A DNA stretch of 43,137 bases from Diploschistes diacapsis (Eukaryota): assembly GCA_023645945.1 (NCBI GenBank), contig JALAIB010000038.1, forward strand, positions 1 to 43,137, in the 5' to 3' direction. Positions 1-11,401 of the stretch are shown here, in pieces. A program made the position numbers and the translations under genes. Numbering within the stretch: the stretch's first letter is position 1; each line of letters starts with the position of its first letter. The notes beneath the pieces are model-generated. The model saw nothing but the letters and a program-made list of their open reading frames with translations, was not told the DNA's origin and made no database searches.

Positions 1-768
1 ACCCTCCCCTCCCTTTTTTTCCCTTTCCATTATCATCATCGAGGAGAAGTCTGTAGATCGCACATCCTGACTATCACGGCAAAAACCGTTGGGGGAAAGC
101 CGAGGACACTGGTTATTATTGGCTGGTTTACCTGCTCGATAAGGGCTGACTGAACCTAAATTAAAAGCAGAATAGTGATTAGTCGACCGCCCTTCGATTG
201 GGAGACTAGCTTGGATAGAAAGCACGGCGAGACAGGTTGAACGGGGAAGGAGGAATTGCATTCCATTCGCCAGCCGCCTCTACAGGTTCCTGGTGCCCAA
301 GGACGTATGCAGCCACTTTACTAGTATTAGCCAGGCTCATGGCCGCTTGCATGGCACTACGGTCCGGGCCCCTAATACTCACCACTGATTTAAAATAAAG
401 TATGACTCTTCATCATCCTGCAGGGAGAAGCGAGTTGCTGAATGCTGCGGTTCTATGAAGCGAGAACTGATAGGACAAAACCGGCGATTCATTAATTTTC
501 GCTTGTATTAGGTGTAACCCAAAGGCTATATGGGGCGTTCTAACTGCGGCCAGATCACAAAAGATCGACCACAGACTTTGTCATTAGGAAAAAACGTGAA
601 TCACAGTCCGACACCCCGGAACCCCCCATCCCCCCAAGGTATGCTTCCCAATAACTCGTTCCTGGACCCAGAAAATGTCTGTTGCATGTGTTGCTCTCCG
701 TTGTCGAATACTCAAAGCTTTATCCTTCGGTGCCTCGTCGAGGACGAATCTAGGAATAGATGGCTTGC

Positions 769-2134
769 TCAAGCAGTAGCAGCTTCACGGCCCCTCTCCT
801 CGACACCCTCATCCTCATCCTCTTCTTCGTCTTCGTACTCGCCGTGCTGGTTGGCATTGACCCAGCTGTCGCGGTCGCCCTTCAATGGCGCATCTTGCTC
901 GGCAAGGTCGACACCGCCCTCGCGGCTTTTGTGCCGGCGTTGGGAGAGAGTGCGGGCGCGAGTGCTGAGCTTGGAGTTGACAGCAGCGTTGGATTGAACC
1001 CAGTTGGTGAGGGAGTCCTCGCAATCTTGGATGATGCTAGTTCTACTTAGTCAAAGTCTCACAGTACAGATCGCAATACGTACGCTTTGCTGGCCTCGTA
1101 TCCGTCGTAAGCCTCCCTAGTCTCGCCAGGCGTGACTGGAGTATCATCAACAAGCTCCAGAAGATGCTTGCCAAAGCCGGCAATGATGGCTAGCTTTTCG
1201 CTGTGCTCGCGTATGGCATCGAACTGGTAGTTGTATGCAGCCTTTAGCTTCTCGCGCGTGATGTTGGATAGCTGTGCCTCGGCTACTAAAGATTCGGCCT
1301 CAGCCCGGACCAGCTCCTGCTCGAGGACAACGATCTTCGGGCTGTTGGGTTCCTTGTATTTTAGTTGAGCAATCTGGTCAGTAATCTTTGCTTTACCTGC
1401 GCCTACTTAGTACCGGTAAAGTTTGGCGACGTGTGTTGCACTTACGGTCTCGGCTCGGCTGCACCGATGCTTCAATGTTGCGAATGCTCTTGATAGTGAC
1501 GCGGTATTGGTCGTAACGATCCACGAACTGGTCCTCGAGCTCGCCGATCTCGTAGATCAAGACACCAAGCTTGTCGGTAACGTCTGAGACATCATCGTCG
1601 CAAGCTTCACCCCAGATGGAGAGTTGTTGCTATGGACAAATAAGTATTGTTCATTGGTCCCGACAGAATCTGGACACACGGCAACTTCCATACGCTCCTT
1701 GCCGACCAGCTCCATGGTGCGCATCAGATTCTTCTCCATCTTTACGAGCTGAGATAGCTTCTTGGCCAGGTCAGGGCCAAAGGCACCAGCAGTGTTCTTG
1801 CGAAATGCATGACCTGGAGAGAAGATTAGTTAGCAAGTGCTTGAAGTCTCGGTAATCAACTACTAGTATTTCTTCACAAACATGTGTCCTTCCAGGACTC
1901 ACAGGTGGCAGTACGGATCTTGACAAGGCAATTTGCTCAATGCATCGAGGGAGGTCGTAGTTATTTCTCGACGTCATTCCTGTAGCAGTAGCTTCGGTGG
2001 AGCGGTATCTTCTTACCTATATTTGCCTTGCCAAACAGGCGGTTGGATTTGGTCGAGGAAGTCGGAGGAGGGGGGTTCTGGATCTGAGAAGCGGTAGGGG
2101 CGCGCGACTGGCGCATAGAGTATGTTCGATGCAT
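769..2134 (-). CDS. PIL1: Eisosome BAR-domain protein, Pil1/Lsp1 family (~338 aa, 5 exons)
   Basis: Exons 2134-2017, 1813-1680, 1629-1446, 1396-1084 and 1036-769 join through GT..AG introns into an open frame. It reads MHRTYSMRQSRAPTASQIQNPPPP...LSQLVKMEKNLMR...WGEACDDDVSDVTDKLGVLIYEIGELED...LKYKEPNSPKIVVLEQELVRAEAESLVAEAQLSNITREKLK, the hallmark Pil1/Lsp1 sequence, with an acidic C-tail. PIL1 vs LSP1/pilB paralog identity is not resolved. Confidence 0.93.
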
Positions 2135-2693
2135 CGTGAAATGTAACAAGGGTAGTTTTCCTCTAGACTTGCTTCAAGAACTGATGATTGAACAAAAAAA
2201 CGTTCGTGAAGGGCTTATGTGTTTACAAGAGGGAAAGGGGGGTTGTTGTCCCTGAGGACTTGGAGGTTTGTTGTTGCACCGGAGAGCGAGAGGGAGAGGG
2301 ACGGGCTCGATGAATTGAATGACGTATTTTGGCGTTTTTCACAGATTGTGGCAGAGGCGGTGCTCATATGGCGCTAGACGCTGCAGTAAGAGGCGCAACT
2401 AGTGCTGCATGTTAGCCCATCCTTCTTTGACGGTTGGAACAGTCACTTAATGCAACGATGCCTCTGATTGTAGATACGAAGCCGCTCAATTTTTGCTCTT
2501 CAGACAACTATTGTTAACAAGTACACGAGCGATACCGTACGCTGTGCGATACCGAGTCTTCTCAGCTGGCCAAAAACTCCATGCTAACTCAACCCTTTTG
2601 AATCCACAATGCACGGGTGCATCTGCAGATAACCGCCCTGCTCCCAACACAGAAACTAGAAAGCTGCACGCAAAACTAACTTTAAACACCACC

Positions 2694-5069
2694 TTAGACC
2701 CCGTTGACAGGCGTGGGCGCTATCCTCCTCTTCTTGGGTTGAGGCTCCTCGTGCTCCGGCTCCTTCGGTCCCTCGCTCTCCCTCTTGCCCAATGTTGTCC
2801 CTATCGTTGAGCCAGGCATGCTCGCGGCTGACATTGGCGTCATTGGGGGTGTCGATAACGGTAGGTTGATTGATCCTGCATTGGCAGCTGTCACTCCGGG
2901 AACGGTACCCATTGTAGGAGTTGGCGAATTTCCCATTACCGGTGCCGTAGGAGGTACATGAGAGGATTGCGTTGCAACGGATGAGACGGAGTTCGATCGT
3001 GATTTGTTTGGGCTTGCCGTGGCGAAGTTTGATGTGGGCGACGCGAAGCTTGCAGCACTAGAGTTAAGAATTCTGGAGAACGAGGGCGCGGCTGAGCCTG
3101 TGGGTGTAGGCAGTGGTGAAGGTTGCACAGAATTAGTGGTGCCGACGGACAAGGAATGATGGTGAGGATGGTGGGCAGTAGGCGTGGGCCCGGCGTATAC
3201 TTGACCTAGCTCTCCGGGAGAAAACGCTATTGTTGAGCAGAATCCATCAGAAGAGCTCATCAATAGCGTTAAACCGTCGGAGGCCCTGAAATAATTGTCA
3301 GCGCGCGGGACGTACTCCTTGGGAAGTTCGACTTACCATGCCAGATCAGTAAACGTGGCAAAATGCAGGTTGCTGACAATACACAAAGGCGTCTGTTGCT
3401 GCGTATCGTAAACGAGTATTGCGTCTTGAGTAGCTACTGCGTACACGATTCGATATGGCAGAGCGAATGCTGGAGTGGGACCAGTGCCTTCGAATGCTGT
3501 CTCAGGATCTCGAGGCGAGGAGGTTGGTCGTGCAATATCTTTGGGTGAAGGCATGACCGTTGCCGAGGAACTCGATCGCTCGAGGAAGCTCGGGGGTGGG
3601 TGCATGTTCGACGAAGGCGTAGTGGTTGGCACAACAGGATCGGGTAGAGCAGGAATAGCTTCATCGGCTGAAGAGGTGTCTAAGGTGATGTTGACTGTTG
3701 GCTTTGAGCCATGTCGGAGTGTATAAAAGACCGGAGAACACTTGACTGCAATAGAAGGTTTCTTGTGACCAGGCAAATGAGCGATCGGGGGTTTGTTCAG
3801 ACCAGCCCTGGTATAGATGTATACAGTATTTAGCACATCTTCGCTAGGCTTTGCACCCTCCGTTGCTGCTGGGTGAGAGATCTTATACTGGCCAGCCGGT
3901 GTAAATAGCAAGCTACCGTCAGGAGCGAAGGCAAGACGTCTGAAGAAAGACGTGTAGGTCTCATTCGCATAGATGTTGGCGTTTTTGAAGCCACCCATTG
4001 CCGTGAAGGGAACAGGAGAGTGCTCCATAGGCCGCACAGCTGGTAGAGGCATCGAAGGTGCTGGAGAAGCAGACCTTCGCAAAGACGGAGAAGAAGCAAA
4101 CGAGGAGCGTCGACTATGGCTCAGAGCGGGTGGATTCATTGGTAGCGCTAGGGAAGTAGGAGTTCCAGGAATCGAAGCGGACGGGACCGGAGAGGCAGGT
4201 GCTGCACCTTCTAATTGAGCGAACGATTTCTGTACCGAGTCTGGAGGTGCTGGACTTTGAATCGATCTTTGTCTCCCCGGAAGATCCATTTTGGAAATCT
4301 TGTTGTGCTGTTTCAACGTGAATTCGCCATCCTTGTTTCTCAAATTGTAGATGTGAACGGATCGATCGGACGATTGCGTTGCCACGTATTCATTCAATGG
4401 ATCCCATGCTACACCTTGAACGTAGTGATTGTGTTCTGCAATTTGTCGGACCATTTGACCTAATTACATTGAATATCTATTACGGTGGATGCGGACTTGT
4501 TACTATACCTGTCTGAGCGTTGTATATCCTTGCAATGTTGTCCATGCTGCCTATGATGAAGAAGACCGCATCTGGAGACCATGCCAGATCGTAAATCTCG
4601 GAACCAAACGACCTGCACATGTGCTTGACTCTCCATGATTCTTTGTCCTCCAGGCCGTCCTCGCCAAAAGCCTGTGCTAAAGGCGGTGTCTCGGAAGGCA
4701 CCCATAACAGAGTGTTGCCATCGTCGCCAGCAGTTGCAAGGACCTCACCTGATTGCCGTTAGAGGAACCATTGAGAGTAGAATGGGCATTCTCGAACCTC
4801 TTGGAGCAAATCTTACGACGTTGACAGCTTGGGTGTGCTGTGCTCTCGTCAGTCAGCAACCCAGAGATTGGAAGCATCCTGCCCACCTTAACCAAGGTCG
4901 TCAGATATGATATCTTTCTTTCATCCCCTTCCGCTGCTACTTGCCAAAGCCGCACATTATTGTCACCACCACTTGTTGCTAGTCGACCTTTGCCATGAGG
5001 CTCGAAATGGGCAGAGTAGATGGGGGCGTTGTCGTTGTGCCAGGATACGAGTACTGGGGCAGCTTTCAT
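2694..5069 (-). CDS. CAC2: Chromatin assembly factor 1 subunit B (p60/Cac2), WD40 protein (~725 aa, 5 exons)
   Basis: Exons 5069-4887, 4837-4798, 4748-4509, 4459-3337 and 3285-2694 give an open frame. Motifs: MKAAPVLVSWH..PIYSAHF, GGDNNVRLW, EIYDLAWSPD, EHNHYVQGVAWDPLNEYVATQSSDRS, SFFRRLAFAPDGSLL, LPYRIVYAVAT, NLHFATFTDLAW, and a C-terminal KKRRIAP Asf1-binding B-domain-like motif. Confidence 0.95.
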
Positions 5070-5823
5070 TGTGATGGTCGGAGGAGTTGTAAAGAAGCTA
5101 CTCTAGATGCAATTCCAGTACTTTATGAACGGTAGCCCTCGCTCAATGGTGACAGACCTTGTGCCGTGCATGCAGCAGGGCCCAAGCAACTCAGCTCTTC
5201 CTGCGTGGGGCCCGTTGCTGCAAATCTGGTTTTCCTGGAAACAATGTCTGCCAATCAAGCACTGAAATGCATCCAATGATTTCTCGTATGTATTCTTCCA
5301 AACAAAAAGCGAAGAAACAAACAAAATGTGAGCGTTGAGCGCAAGCTGGGCACCTTCCTCACATCCTTACGATGTAATGGCCTTAAAGCATGAGGTGAGG
5401 AAGAGCTCCCGTTCTCCGCGCTTCAACGCCAATCATCGTGCGCGTATAGTATTCGCTCGGCATCTAGTGTGTGACTCTCTTCTTTTTGGTGCATCTAATC
5501 ATCATGTTCATTTTGTACCAATCTCGCGCCCCGTACAATTGTACGACTACAAACCTACATTCACGGATGTTCAGTAGGGGGAAACAGAAGCCACCACGCT
5601 TAAATGAGCGCAAGCGTGACCACCTCATCAACGTACTACTTACACACTGTCCTTCGAGATTTACCCGAGACGCTTGAGGAGCGTTTCAAGAGTTCACTCA
5701 GCAGACTCTGCGCTCTCATGCACAGCATAGACTCGAGGAACATATCTCTATATGGGCATAAGGTCTCTCGGACTTCACGAGGATGCTTTTCTTAAGCTTT
5801 CACATGCTGTACATGGGTGATGC

Positions 5824-7159
5824 ATGGATCGATCTGCGATGAACAAGCAAAGGAACAACGCTGAAATTCTTGCTGCTTTGAGGATTTCTGTTTCACCACC
5901 TCCCGTCAAAAGACGTCGTCTTAATGATCGTGCATTGGAAGATGAGGGACGAGGCTCTTTAACTACGGCGGCTGTTGAGGCGGGTATCATCTCTATCGAC
6001 AACCATATTACCTACTCTATTCAGCATCTCTCTACGGCTAGCAGGAGATCCGATTCTGAGGCACGCTTGTCCATTGCTGACTACAAAAATATGTTTCTGC
6101 GGAACCAGCATGACGATGGATGCCACTTTGTAATCCATCAGCATGACCATCCCATAGCCGGGACACACTACGATCTGAGGTTGCAGATCAATGCATGTAG
6201 TTCCGTTAGCTGGGCAATAATGTATGGGTTGCCTGGGGATCCCAATAGTAAGAGGTTGAATAGGAATGCCACCGAAACTAGGGTCCACTGCCTTTGGGTA
6301 AGTCTGGGGGCAATTATTATCTGTGTCTGGTAAGCTGACCGAGTTCCTAGAATCACCTAATAGAGACAGCCTCCATGAATACTGGCAGTTTGTTGATCTG
6401 GGAAACTGGCGAGTACGAAGTCCTGCCGTATAAGCGACTCAAGGAAGAAACAGACATTGAGTCGAACGCAGGCAATAATGAAAATGGCGTGATTACTCAA
6501 TCCAATGATCCGAAGTCACAGCCGGCTCAGCTGCAAGAAAGCTTCCGTAAGGTGAGTGTTGAATTCACAGAGCAACGAAAAAAAAGATTGGTTAATGCAT
6601 TCCGAAGGGTAAGATACGTCTACGTCTAAATGGTGCTAAACTTCCTGAGAATTATACTATCACTCTTCGAATCGCAGCGTCACAGCCGCATTATCAACAG
6701 TCAGGCCCAACCCAACACCCTCGCAAACGGCGGCGCCGACGTGTCCATACAGCTAATGCTAAAAGCATTTTAATTAGCTCGGAGGATGAGGCAGCATCCA
6801 AGACTTTGCGGGAAGTGAACAGCACTCAAGTGCATTCGGACCACGAAGAGGACGACGAGACTCGCCAGAATAATGCTTATGCAGGTTCTATAAACTCAAT
6901 CGGGTCAATATATCAGCGGACTTGGTATCTGTCAATGGATGGAGAATCTAGCGGATTTGAGAGGAGAAGAGGTCCGGATGGGGTTCGATGGACGCGTAGG
7001 CAGAGTCAAGGACGATTGCATGGGTTTGAACCTTTCCGTGTCGGAGGACGCGAGGCCGAGAGGAGTGTGGTTACGGGAAGGTTGGGGGCCGACGTTCTCA
7101 TGGATGAAAGTGTTCTTGGATATGTCGGCCGTCCGGGCTGGCGGCCGGTTCTGGAATAA
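5824..7159 (+). CDS. Stand-alone DNA ligase D 3'-phosphoesterase (LigD PE/LigD_N) domain protein (~408 aa, 3 exons)
   Basis: Exons 5824-6297, 6351-6551 and 6608-7159 are in frame. The protein has FVIHQHDHPIAGTHYDLRLQ, SVSWAIMYGLPGDPN, RNATETRVH, GSLLIWETGEY and GKIRLRLNGAKLP, matching the order of LigD PE motifs. Basic NLS-like runs PVKRRR and RKRRRRR are present. The start could be 5824 or 5839. Confidence 0.85.
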
Positions 7160-8151
7160 GATATTGTTTGATCAATCGGCTAGAAGGTTTACTTTTGTTG
7201 TGCGTTGTTGATGCTGGTAGAAGCGTGCTCCAAGCCTAGAATATCCCCCTACCCACACCTCACGTACCCATACCTATGCCAGCCACGCGGTTTTAGCAAT
7301 AAATAAACCCGAGTGCTCCGGATCCGGGATTACTTGGCAAATGCTTGGCATTATGAAGCACTTCATCAGCCTATCTGCATGATTGGGCCTCATCGCCAAC
7401 AGTCTTTCTCTGCCGACAAGTGTCACTCCACACAAGTCCTCGAGGTTCCACAGCCAGGCACCCCCGGTTTTCGTGGCATAGAGCGGACTCGAAGCATACA
7501 GCGATCTGCCTTGGAATCGCGCAAGCTTTTTACTTTGATTTGCAGTAAACATAGCTGAGGAAACTACGTCAGCAGCGTCGGTTTTTGCGGCAGGTGCGTC
7601 TTAACCTCGAGAAGCATAGTTTTCTAGCTGCTGTTTTCTTGCAAGATCTTCCTGCGAGTGTCAGAATGCAAAGTGTAAAGAGATTGATGAGAGAAAACAA
7701 ACTCCGCTCAGCCTTTGCGCTCGCTCTTCCGTGGACTTTGAGCCCAGCCTACAGCACCTAAAACATCTGCGGTTGCATCTCCAAACCTGGACCGACTACT
7801 CTACGAAGATTCCCCTCCTCTGTTTCCTCCGTCCTCTAAGCAAACTTTACAAGACAAGAGCAAGGAACGCAGAGAGAAGGACAAGCTGAAGATTAAGGCG
7901 GGGTCGTCTTTCGAAGCTCGTTCCTTGTGCTTCATTTTCACTCTTTTCAAGCCGCCATAACCAGGCTCCGTTCACTCTTTGCTTTATAAACTCCCTCAGT
8001 AAGGGATTCTGGAGGTACCCTGCGAGCTTCCATAGCCTCTCGAGTATCTACACTCTCTTTGCCTTATACTAAGCGTCAGACCTTTACCTTTTCCGTAAAG
8101 CAGGTCGCGTAAAGCGCAAGCTCATTCACCTCGTTTGAGTTGCCCATTACG

Positions 8152-9874
8152 ATGGGCCAGCAACAATCGAAAATCAAAGATGGTGACGTAGGAAATGGCG
8201 GCAAGGGCTCCGACAAGAGCGGCGAGGCACTTCAATCATACCCGTCCTTTAGCAAATCCGACACAAAGGAGTCTTCACGCTCCTTCCGAGGTGCAATCAG
8301 GTCTAAGATTCCCGGTAGTAGCAAAAACGACAAGACAGATAGTCCGCGAACGTCAGTGTCGAACCTTGATCCGAATGACAAGTCGGATACTGGTTCTACA
8401 AGGTCTACGGGATCAAAATCAAGCCGCATACCACGGGTCTCGTCTCCGTCAACTACGGACAACGTTGACGAGATGTTCTCCCCTATGAGCCCCGACGCGC
8501 CAGACGACGACCTTCAGCCGCCTCCTTCACCATCGCAGTCGGCTTCACTGGGTAGGGGTCACCAGTCAGTGAACCAAGCGCAGCGATCGGGAGAGGTAGA
8601 TCACGTATCGGACGAACCCCCCCACATGGCCCTCTATCCGCCACCAAATGCCGCACCGAAGCCATCTATCTTAATGAGGAAGGAAGGTGACCCCAGTCCA
8701 AGGACCCCTGAGTTTCCAAAACCTCAAGCAGACGACGGGAACGTTGCGAGCTCACCTGGAATGGGCATAGGCAACTTGAAGTCTGCTGATCTTGATGATA
8801 TGATCAATCGATTGCTAGATGCAGGGTATTCATCAAAGGCAAGCAAAGCTGTTTGCCTGAAGAATGCAGAAATTACAGCCATTTGCACGGCTATCCGAGA
8901 GTTGCTGCTCAATCAACCAGCCCTCCTCGAGCTTTCGGCGCCCGTCAAGATTGTTGGCGACATTCACGGCCAATACACCGATCTACTTCGAACCTTTGAG
9001 ATGTGTGGCTTCCCACCTAGTTCCAATTACCTATTCCTAGGAGACTACGTCGATCGAGGAAAGAAAAGCTTGGAAACTATCCTGTTGCTTTTCTGCTACA
9101 AGCTGAAATTTCCCGAGAATTTCTTTCTCCTGCGCGGCAACCATGAGAGCGCTAATGTCACGCGCGTCTACGGATTCTACGACGAATGCAAGCGACGTTG
9201 CAATGTGAAGATCTGGAAGACCTTCGTCGATGCTTTCAATTGCCTGCCGATCGCAGCTATTGTCGCTAGCAAGATCTTCTGCGTTCACGGAGGGCTGTCG
9301 CCAAGCCTGACGCATATGGATGACATTAGGCAAATTGCGAGGCCTACCGATGTGCCCGATTACGGTCTTCTGAATGATCTGTTGTGGAGCGATCCTGCGG
9401 ATATGGAAGCCGATTGGGAATCGAACGAGAGGGGCGTGAGTTATTGTTTCGGGAAGAAGGTCATCTCGGATTTTCTACAAAGGAACGATTTCGATCTCGT
9501 GTGTCGGGCGCATATGGTTGTCGAAGATGGGTACGAGTTTTTTCAGGACCGTGTCTTAGTTACGGTTTTCTCCGCGCCGAATGTCAGTTGCGCATCCTTT
9601 ACCCCTTGAGGATATGGATCCGCTGACTTTCTATCCCAGTACTGCGGAGAGTTTGATAATTGGGGCGCAGTCATGTCCGTCAACGACGAGCTGCTCTGCA
9701 GTTTCGAGTTACTGAAACCGCTCGATTCTAGCGCGTTGAAGAGCCATATAAAGAAGGGGAGGAGCAGGAGGCAGAACATGCTAAACAGCCCGGTGAGTCT
9801 ATGTTACCCGCATCTCTCCCTGGGTTGCGCTAAGGTTCGCCTAGCCTGCGACTGTTTCAGCGCAGAGCTTCTGA
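8152..9874 (+). CDS. PPZ1: Ser/Thr protein phosphatase Z (PP1-like; ~537 aa, 3 exons)
   Basis: MGQQQSK myristoylation-type N-terminus and a long Ser-rich region precede a PPP domain ([52 protein letters not shown] across intron 9583-9639). Exons are 8152-9582, 9640-9792 and 9845-9874. Confidence 0.95.
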
Positions 9875-10573
9875 TAGCTTTTCCTTTTCATCGTTGAGCG
9901 TAATGGCACTATGCTCAGCCCTTTCCAACTTCTCAAGGGTGCGCATTTGATCGATATCGTTGATGACACCGTATGGGCTGCAAGGACCGAGGAAAGAGGG
10001 GCTTTCGCTATGGTGGGGGTTTACCTCGCCAATTCGGTGCTTTACTAGGTATGGCAGAGGCTCAGGCACACGTCCGGGCTTGTAAGTCCGCGCGCGGAAC
10101 GACGTGTAAGATGCGACGATGAGATGCTGAAGCATTTGTTGAACTTATGGGGGCGGTTTTTTTTTTTTTCCAAAGCAATTATTACTTAGGCCATGAACGG
10201 AAGTGCCATGAGGGAGAGAAGAGCTGTTGCCCAGTCTGCCACTTTGAGCGATGCCAATAGTTGTAGCTACACGGACCTGGAAGGGGAGCGAACATAGTAT
10301 TACAAAATCCTGCGCATCACTGAATCATCGTCGGATTGGCGCCCCAGCCTCAGACGCACCTTGAATGCAATATTAGAAGCCTGAATCAAAAAAATCTTTA
10401 AGCGCCGTCTTTTACCATTCAACCATGCCCCTGAAGAAGCCACAAACGTTCCCGTTAAGCGTTAAGCGCACTTGTCTTTTTCCGATGCATTATGGCTGGA
10501 TTAAATAAATAAAGACTGAGTTAGAATATCGCCACAGTTTACCAGCCATCACTTCCCACAACTTTGTTTCCCA

Positions 10574-10580
<7 letters not shown>

Positions 10581-10620
<40 letters not shown>
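10581..10620. repeat. (TC)20 microsatellite
   Basis: Perfect dinucleotide run in the intergenic region between the convergent PPZ1 and KMT6 genes. Confidence 0.97.
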
Positions 10621-10624
<4 letters not shown>

Positions 10625-11401
10625 GATTATCTGGTTCCAACGGTTTACCTTGCGCATTCTTAGAGCTCTTTTTGAGTCGGTTTTCCAGGGCTCCCCAAGG
10701 CCGTTGGGCCCCGCATGGGAAACAACCTTCTCCTGTAATATACGTCCCCCCCAATCGCCTTCTGTATTACGCGTGATACCTCTTTTGGTGGTGAATTTTT
10801 TTTGGATCGTTAATCAAAAAAAAAGTCATACGGACAAACAAGTGAATCAAGGAAGCCGTGGTTAACAACAAAAATTTTGGTTCTGTGACAGGTAGATATC
10901 TCGCAGATACACTAGGGTTCGTCCTCATTCGATTTTCTTTCTCAGCGTTGATCGCCTCTGATCCATGGTTGAGGAATGATGATTGATATTTTATATATAC
11001 CATTGTACTTTGGGATGAATATTACATTTGAAACGCAGGGCTTGGAAAATGGCTTGCCTCTTGCAGACTGTAAATTGTCGCTGTTTGGGCGTCGTGGTAC
11101 TGCTTGGTGTTTGGTTGCTCGTGCATGAGTACTGATCCTCGATCCTCTATTCTCGGCTTTATGGTTGATTCCTTAGTCTTGGTCCTCGATTCACGATACA
11201 CATCTTTTTCTAATCCTCGTTTTCTCCTTGGACCCTCACCTGCTCAAGTAGTTCGTCTTCAATGAAATCGCTTCTGCCCTTCACTTGCTGAACACTGGGT
11301 GCTGGATGCTTGCAGAGTTGCGGAGGACTCTTCAAACTCTTAGCGTGTATAGTCACAACTCCTTTGATCAGGAAGATCCGCTAGCCACGATGATCCACCA
11401 T

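Noticed and set aside
530..1050. Plus-strand ORFs 530-997 and 760-1050 with Ser-rich or hydrophobic runs
   Set aside because: They are antisense shadows of the acidic last exon of PIL1.
1815..1835. GAGAAGATTAG resembling the U6 core
   Set aside because: It is the antisense of the PIL1 intron branch/acceptor region, and the rest of U6 is absent.
8140..8151. ORF-track start at TTG 8140 for PPZ1
   Set aside because: ATG 8152 gives the MG myristoylation N-terminus typical of Ppz.
10539..10776. ORFs with ERERER / LSLSLS runs
   Set aside because: They are translations of the (TC)20 microsatellite.
11150..11401. Possible extra KMT6 exon beyond the TAG at 11402-11404
   Set aside because: There is no good donor/branch/acceptor set, and the protein ends plausibly in a basic NLS-like tail.
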